NCBI GenBank assembly: GCA_030167865.1
Contig: JALAGF010005883.1
Span: forward strand, 1-34,336
Source: Craspedostauros australis
Lineage: Eukaryota
DNA: 34,336 nucleotides
Direction: 5' to 3'
Numbering within the stretch: position 1 is the stretch's first letter; each line of letters starts with the position of its first letter. Position numbers and translations under genes: made by a program. Shown piece after piece: positions 30,502 to 34,336 of the stretch. A model generated the notes under the pieces. It made no database searches. It saw nothing but the letters and a program-made list of their open reading frames with translations, and was not told the origin of the DNA.

Positions 30502-31676
30502 ATGATGATGACAACGAACCACACTCCCAGGGTCTTCCTCCCCAACCTTGACATCGCCAAGCTTCAGAAGCAGCAGGCGATCTCCAATGCCAAGCGACAG
30601 GCCACTCGGCGCAAGAACAGGCACAACAAGACATTCCCATGCAAACTCCATCGCATGCTCCGGGATGCCGCGGCAGACGGCAACGAGCACATCGTATCCT
30701 GGGTTGCCAACGGAAAAGCATTCAAGGTGCATAGCGTGGATGGATTCGTGGAACATATCATGCCTCGCTACTTCAGACAGACCAAGTTCAGAAGCTTCAC
30801 CAGGCAGGTACGTACCATACGAGTAGGGTACTTCTATCAAGATGCCATTTGTACCTGCCATCCCGGTGCTCTTTTGAGATTGTCCCAACGCAACAGCACG
30901 CTCCTGCGCCATCGATCGTGTGGCCTACCACGCTGGCAACCCTCTTATACTCACACATCCCCTTCCCCTAATCCTTTCGTATCCTTTACCTTTTGCCCGT
31001 GTACCATTTACCCTTGATCTTTGTGCACAATCAACAGCTGCAGCTGTATGGCTTCATTAGAGAATGCAAAGCCACATTCCGAGGATCCTATCGTCATCCA
31101 AGCTTCTTGAGAGATCAGGAAGAGCTGCACGAACGCGTCGTCCGCCAGAAGAGCCAGACTAATTCCAAGGCGGAGGCAGCAACAGAACAACCAAGCACAC
31201 AATCAAAGACGATCGCAACCGCAACCGCAACTGTAACCACCAAGCCATACCTAGCATTGCCTATTGCCCAAGCCGAGAGAGAGGATTTGTGCGGAGGAAA
31301 TGCATCAGTGGGCAGTAGGAACTGCTACCGTCGTGACGAATCCAGCTGCGACACAAGCAGGCGTAGCAGCTTCACAAGCCACTCAAGTAGAGACTCCAGT
31401 GTGGCGACAGACATGACGGCAAGTACAGCAGCGGGTACGACTTCTGCGGATGTGGTTGCCAGCCTCCATACCAGCATGAATGCGGACACTGCCACTAACG
31501 CGACAAATGGAGAATCTCCAGAACAGTTGTCGTTCCTTGGAAAGAGATTCTTCCCCACTGACAACGGCGACGCGATGACCACTTCCAGCACCGTCCCTGC
31601 AGACATTGTTGTGTCATCTAGCCGTGTGGGAGATGAAGGATACACGAGCGATGTGCAGCAATGGCAAGAGGTGTAG
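30502..31676 (+). CDS. Heat shock transcription factor (HSF DNA-binding domain); exons 30502-30807 and 31038-31676, 314 aa
   Basis: TFPCKLHRML...IVSWVANGKAFKVH...IMPRYFRQTKFRSFTRQ|LQLYGFIR...GSYRHPSFLRDQ. Exon lengths of 306 and 639 nt keep the frame. C-terminal SFLGKRFF motif. Confidence 0.92.
30808..31037 (+). other. GT-AG intron (230 nt) within the HSF DNA-binding domain
   Basis: cag|GTACGT ... pyrimidine-rich ... caaCAG|ctgcagctgtat; restores the canonical RQLxxYGF. Confidence 0.9.
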
Positions 31677-31791
31677 CTTAGCCAAGAGGACACTCCTGCA
31701 GTCTCACAGGCGTATATCAGTTGATACCGGTTCACACCAGCGCATACCGATGCATAAACAGTTCGCAACGCATGGTTCATTTGACACTGTT

Positions 31792-31845
31792 CCTACCTAC
31801 CTATTTACCTACCCACCTCCCTCCCTGCCTACCTACCTACCTACC
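31792..31845. repeat. (CCTA)n-type tetranucleotide microsatellite
   Basis: cctacctacctatttacctacccacctccctccctgcctacctacctacctacc. Confidence 0.8.
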
Positions 31846-32291
31846 CGTGCCATTATACTCGTACACTCCCACCTATTACATAATATTAGAGAGCAGGGAA
31901 GTCTGCACCCATGCTCAAAGCAAACACAGCAGTACTCGACTCCCATTGTCTTGCGCTGTTGGGAATAGATGCAGAGCGCTGCAGCTCCATGTACGACCTA
32001 CCATAAAACATCGCCATTGCCATTGTCGCCCTCTGTGTTCGTCACAGCAGCTCTTTTTGCGCGATTCTCCCAAACTCGAACTCCGTGCAGGTTATGAGAA
32101 GAGAGCGAAGGATTCAAAGATGGCACGGGCCGCACGAAGTGGTGGAAGGCGAAGTCACCCAACCTAACATAACATAGACATGCAAACAACATGCACCACA
32201 ACAAGCACCATAGCAATCAATGCACATCATAAGAGTAAGCACTGATTACGTCCGCGCTTACAAATGGAGCACCACACTCTACGTATGCTTT

Positions 32292-32320
32292 GATTGATCG
32301 ATTGATTGATCGATTGATTG
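32292..32320. repeat. (GATT/GATC)n microsatellite
   Basis: gattgatcgattgattgatcgattgattg. Confidence 0.8.
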
Positions 32321-32361
32321 CATCCCTGCTCGTTCTGCGCACTGCATCGAGCTGGAATCCA

Positions 32362-34336
32362 TCACGATAATGCGGATGGGCCAGAGGATGGATCCATCTT
32401 CTGGGATCGAGCACGAGCACGAGCACGAGTACGAACGCCATCGCCATCACTATCGCTCAAAGCGAGGAACAGCGCAACTCCAATCAAGGAGGCCAGGCCA
32501 GCAAATGCGCATTCTACGCCCTGAAGGGTGGGCATCGAATCGGCAGCCAGACCAAGAAGGAACGGAGCCACGATGTACGCGGCATCACCGGCCGCACGAG
32601 GCAGAGCAAGCGCCGTTGCTTCTGATCCCAGTGGCGCCATCTCTTGGGCAAAGGCCGTCAGAGCTGGTCCTTGCGCTGTTGCGCCCAAACTCCAGCCGAG
32701 GACCACCAATGTGAACGCGATGGCCGAAGATGTCAGCTGCCCACCCAGAAGCGGCGCATCAAGCACGAGGCTATTCGTGGTGTGCAGTATTGCGTCCACA
32801 TCGCCATTCAATGCCAGCGGTATGGCCATCAATCCAACGCTGCTGATGACTCCGCTGACAAGGGCGGTGAACCTGGCATCTGTGCGATCTGTCAACCAGC
32901 CGCCGAACGGCGCACCAAGCAACCCGCTCAACCCACACGCGGATACCAGCGCGCCCGCACCAGCGGCTCCACCAGGAAGTACTGCTGTTGCCAGGATGGG
33001 AATGCTTGCTATCTTGGCGGCAAATCCGAACGTGGCACCAACCTGGCACAGCGCCAAGCCTTTCCATGAGTTATTCTGCAGCAGCTCCCCCCATCCCACC
33101 TCCTCTTCTTCTTCCAGCTGCTGCTGCTGCTGCTGCTGCTGCGATTGCTGCTGCGTTCTCTTCTTTTTCTGTTGCTGGGGTCCTGTCGCACTCTCAACGG
33201 CTTCCGGTGGAGCGATGAAGATGGACTCGATGAAAGAAGTCCGCTTGTTCGTTTCGGCGGCCATGTCCGTGGCCATGCCCATGTCTGTGTCGATACCTGC
33301 ACCTCCACTGGCGCTGGCACTGGCGCTGCTCTTCTGCAACTCACCCTCCAGCTGCCGCGATGCATTAATCCCAGTCGTTTCCGGAAGAAAGCAATACATC
33401 AACAGCGCCACGATTGCCGCAGCACTCACGCAAAGAAACGAGGCCCGAGGGCCATACTGCTCCACCACCACCCCGCCAAAGGGCGCACCGATGGCAATCC
33501 CCAGTGCCACCACGGCCTGCTGAGCTGCCAAGATCCTGCCTCGAATGTCCGGCACCCGTCCCGCCAGATCTGCAAGCATTCCGCGTTCGCCAGCTTCTGA
33601 CACGCAGCGTCCCAATCCCAATCCCAGCCGGGCGACGACCAGCGGCGCGATCGATGTGGCCAGTGCTGTGCCGACATCTGAGGCTGCGATGACCGCCATG
33701 CCGATCAGCATGGCTGGCCTGCGCCCACGATCAGCGAAGGTGCCGCCGGACTTGGCAGCAAGCAGCAATGCCACGGCCGGGGCTGAGATGACGATTCCAT
33801 TTGCCGCCGATGACAGGCCGATTTCCTTTCCGTACAGCGGGATGGATGGGATGACTGCGCCAACTCCCAGGAACAAGATGAACTGCGACAGCAGCAAGAT
33901 TGCGAGGGGCTGCATCACGTCTGTTGGGATCCCAAAGAGCATCGATGAGGAGTCGCCGGTTGCGCCGCCGAGTATGTCCTCGTTTTCATCCTTGTCTCTA
34001 CCGGTGTCGTTGATTGTGTGTGATCGTTTTGTGGCTGCCAGCGACGTGGGAGTGTTTTGTCTGCTCTGCTTGATTTCCCACTTGTGCCGATGCTGACGTT
34101 GCTGCAGGTGTGGATGTAGATGTGGAGCATTCCTTGCTATGAAGCCACCGCCACACACGGCCTCAGATTGCATGGCGTGTGAATTTGACCGAAAGGAAGC
34201 CACATAGCTGGAAGATGCCAATGGACCTCTGCTCGATCGCTCCACAACGAACGCGTCTGCAACGTGCACCAACAGCAGTGCTTGGAGAAGTAACAGAAGG
34301 ATCAGCGCTGTCGCTTGCTTTGTTGTTGTCCATGTT
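32362..34336 (-). CDS. Major facilitator superfamily transporter (DHA1/TetA-like), 5'-partial, with putative bipartite plastid-targeting presequence
   Basis: About 12 hydrophobic segments in two halves; motif A GTFADRGRRP and GWLTDRTD; ARLGLGLG; motif C-like GIAIGAPFGG; poly-Q/E central loop. The frame stays open beyond the track's TTG start to the window edge: TWTTTKQATALILLLLLQALLLVHVADA-FVVERSSR. Confidence 0.9.
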   Translation of the reverse strand, partial: TWTTTKQATALILLLLLQALLLVHVADAFVVERSSRGPLASSSYVASFRSNSHAMQSEAVCGGGFIARNAPHLHPHLQQRQHRHKWEIKQSRQNTPTSLAATKRSHTINDTGRDKDENEDILGGATGDSSSMLFGIPTDVMQPLAILLLSQFILFLGVGAVIPSIPLYGKEIGLSSAANGIVISAPAVALLLAAKSGGTFADRGRRPAMLIGMAVIAASDVGTALATSIAPLVVARLGLGLGRCVSEAGERGMLADLAGRVPDIRGRILAAQQAVVALGIAIGAPFGGVVVEQYGPRASFLCVSAAAIVALLMYCFLPETTGINASRQLEGELQKSSASASASGGAGIDTDMGMATDMAAETNKRTSFIESIFIAPPEAVESATGPQQQKKKRTQQQSQQQQQQQQLEEEEEVGWGELLQNNSWKGLALCQVGATFGFAAKIASIPILATAVLPGGAAGAGALVSACGLSGLLGAPFGGWLTDRTDARFTALVSGVISSVGLMAIPLALNGDVDAILHTTNSLVLDAPLLGGQLTSSAIAFTLVVLGWSLGATAQGPALTAFAQEMAPLGSEATALALPRAAGDAAYIVAPFLLGLAADSMPTLQGVECAFAGLASLIGVALFLALSDSDGDGVRTRARARARSQKMDPSSGPSALS

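Noticed and set aside
31038..31043. Alternative HSF splice acceptor (ctgCAG at 31043)
   Set aside because: It would delete LQ from the conserved RQLxxYGF recognition helix.
32381..32404. Near-perfect 24-bp palindrome (ccagaggatggatccatcttctgg) at the MFS 3' end
   Set aside because: Single short element inside a poorly constrained coding tail, with no TSD or MITE context.
32528..34096. Plus-strand ORFs of 331 aa and 183 aa
   Set aside because: Antisense shadows of the MFS gene.

Overview
Eukaryotic nuclear DNA, most consistent with a pennate diatom (inference from GT-AG introns, a bipartite ASAFAP-type plastid presequence, diatom-style HSF and TM-LRR genes, and dense microsatellites). The main feature is a full-length, apparently young 8.8 kb non-LTR retrotransposon on the minus strand (2267-11088). 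It has a perfect 17-bp target-site duplication, a (TTA)n tail and a structured 3' UTR. ORF1 carries a PHD-type finger and is broken by an assembly gap. The intact ORF2 encodes APE endonuclease, RT (FVDD), a complete RNase H and a CCHC finger, and resembles the diatom Ambal clade. The element sits inside a degenerate CTCNN pentamer repeat, and the ORF2 ATG overlaps the ORF1 stop. Host genes, left to right: a low-complexity protein running off the left edge, a decayed single-pass LRR receptor-like gene, a GNAT acetyltransferase, cytosolic cysteinyl-tRNA synthetase, CMS1, a bZIP factor, a spliced HSF, and a probably plastid-targeted MFS transporter whose start lies beyond the right edge. No RNA genes or CRISPR arrays were seen. 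All calls come from reading motifs by eye, and no database searches were run.
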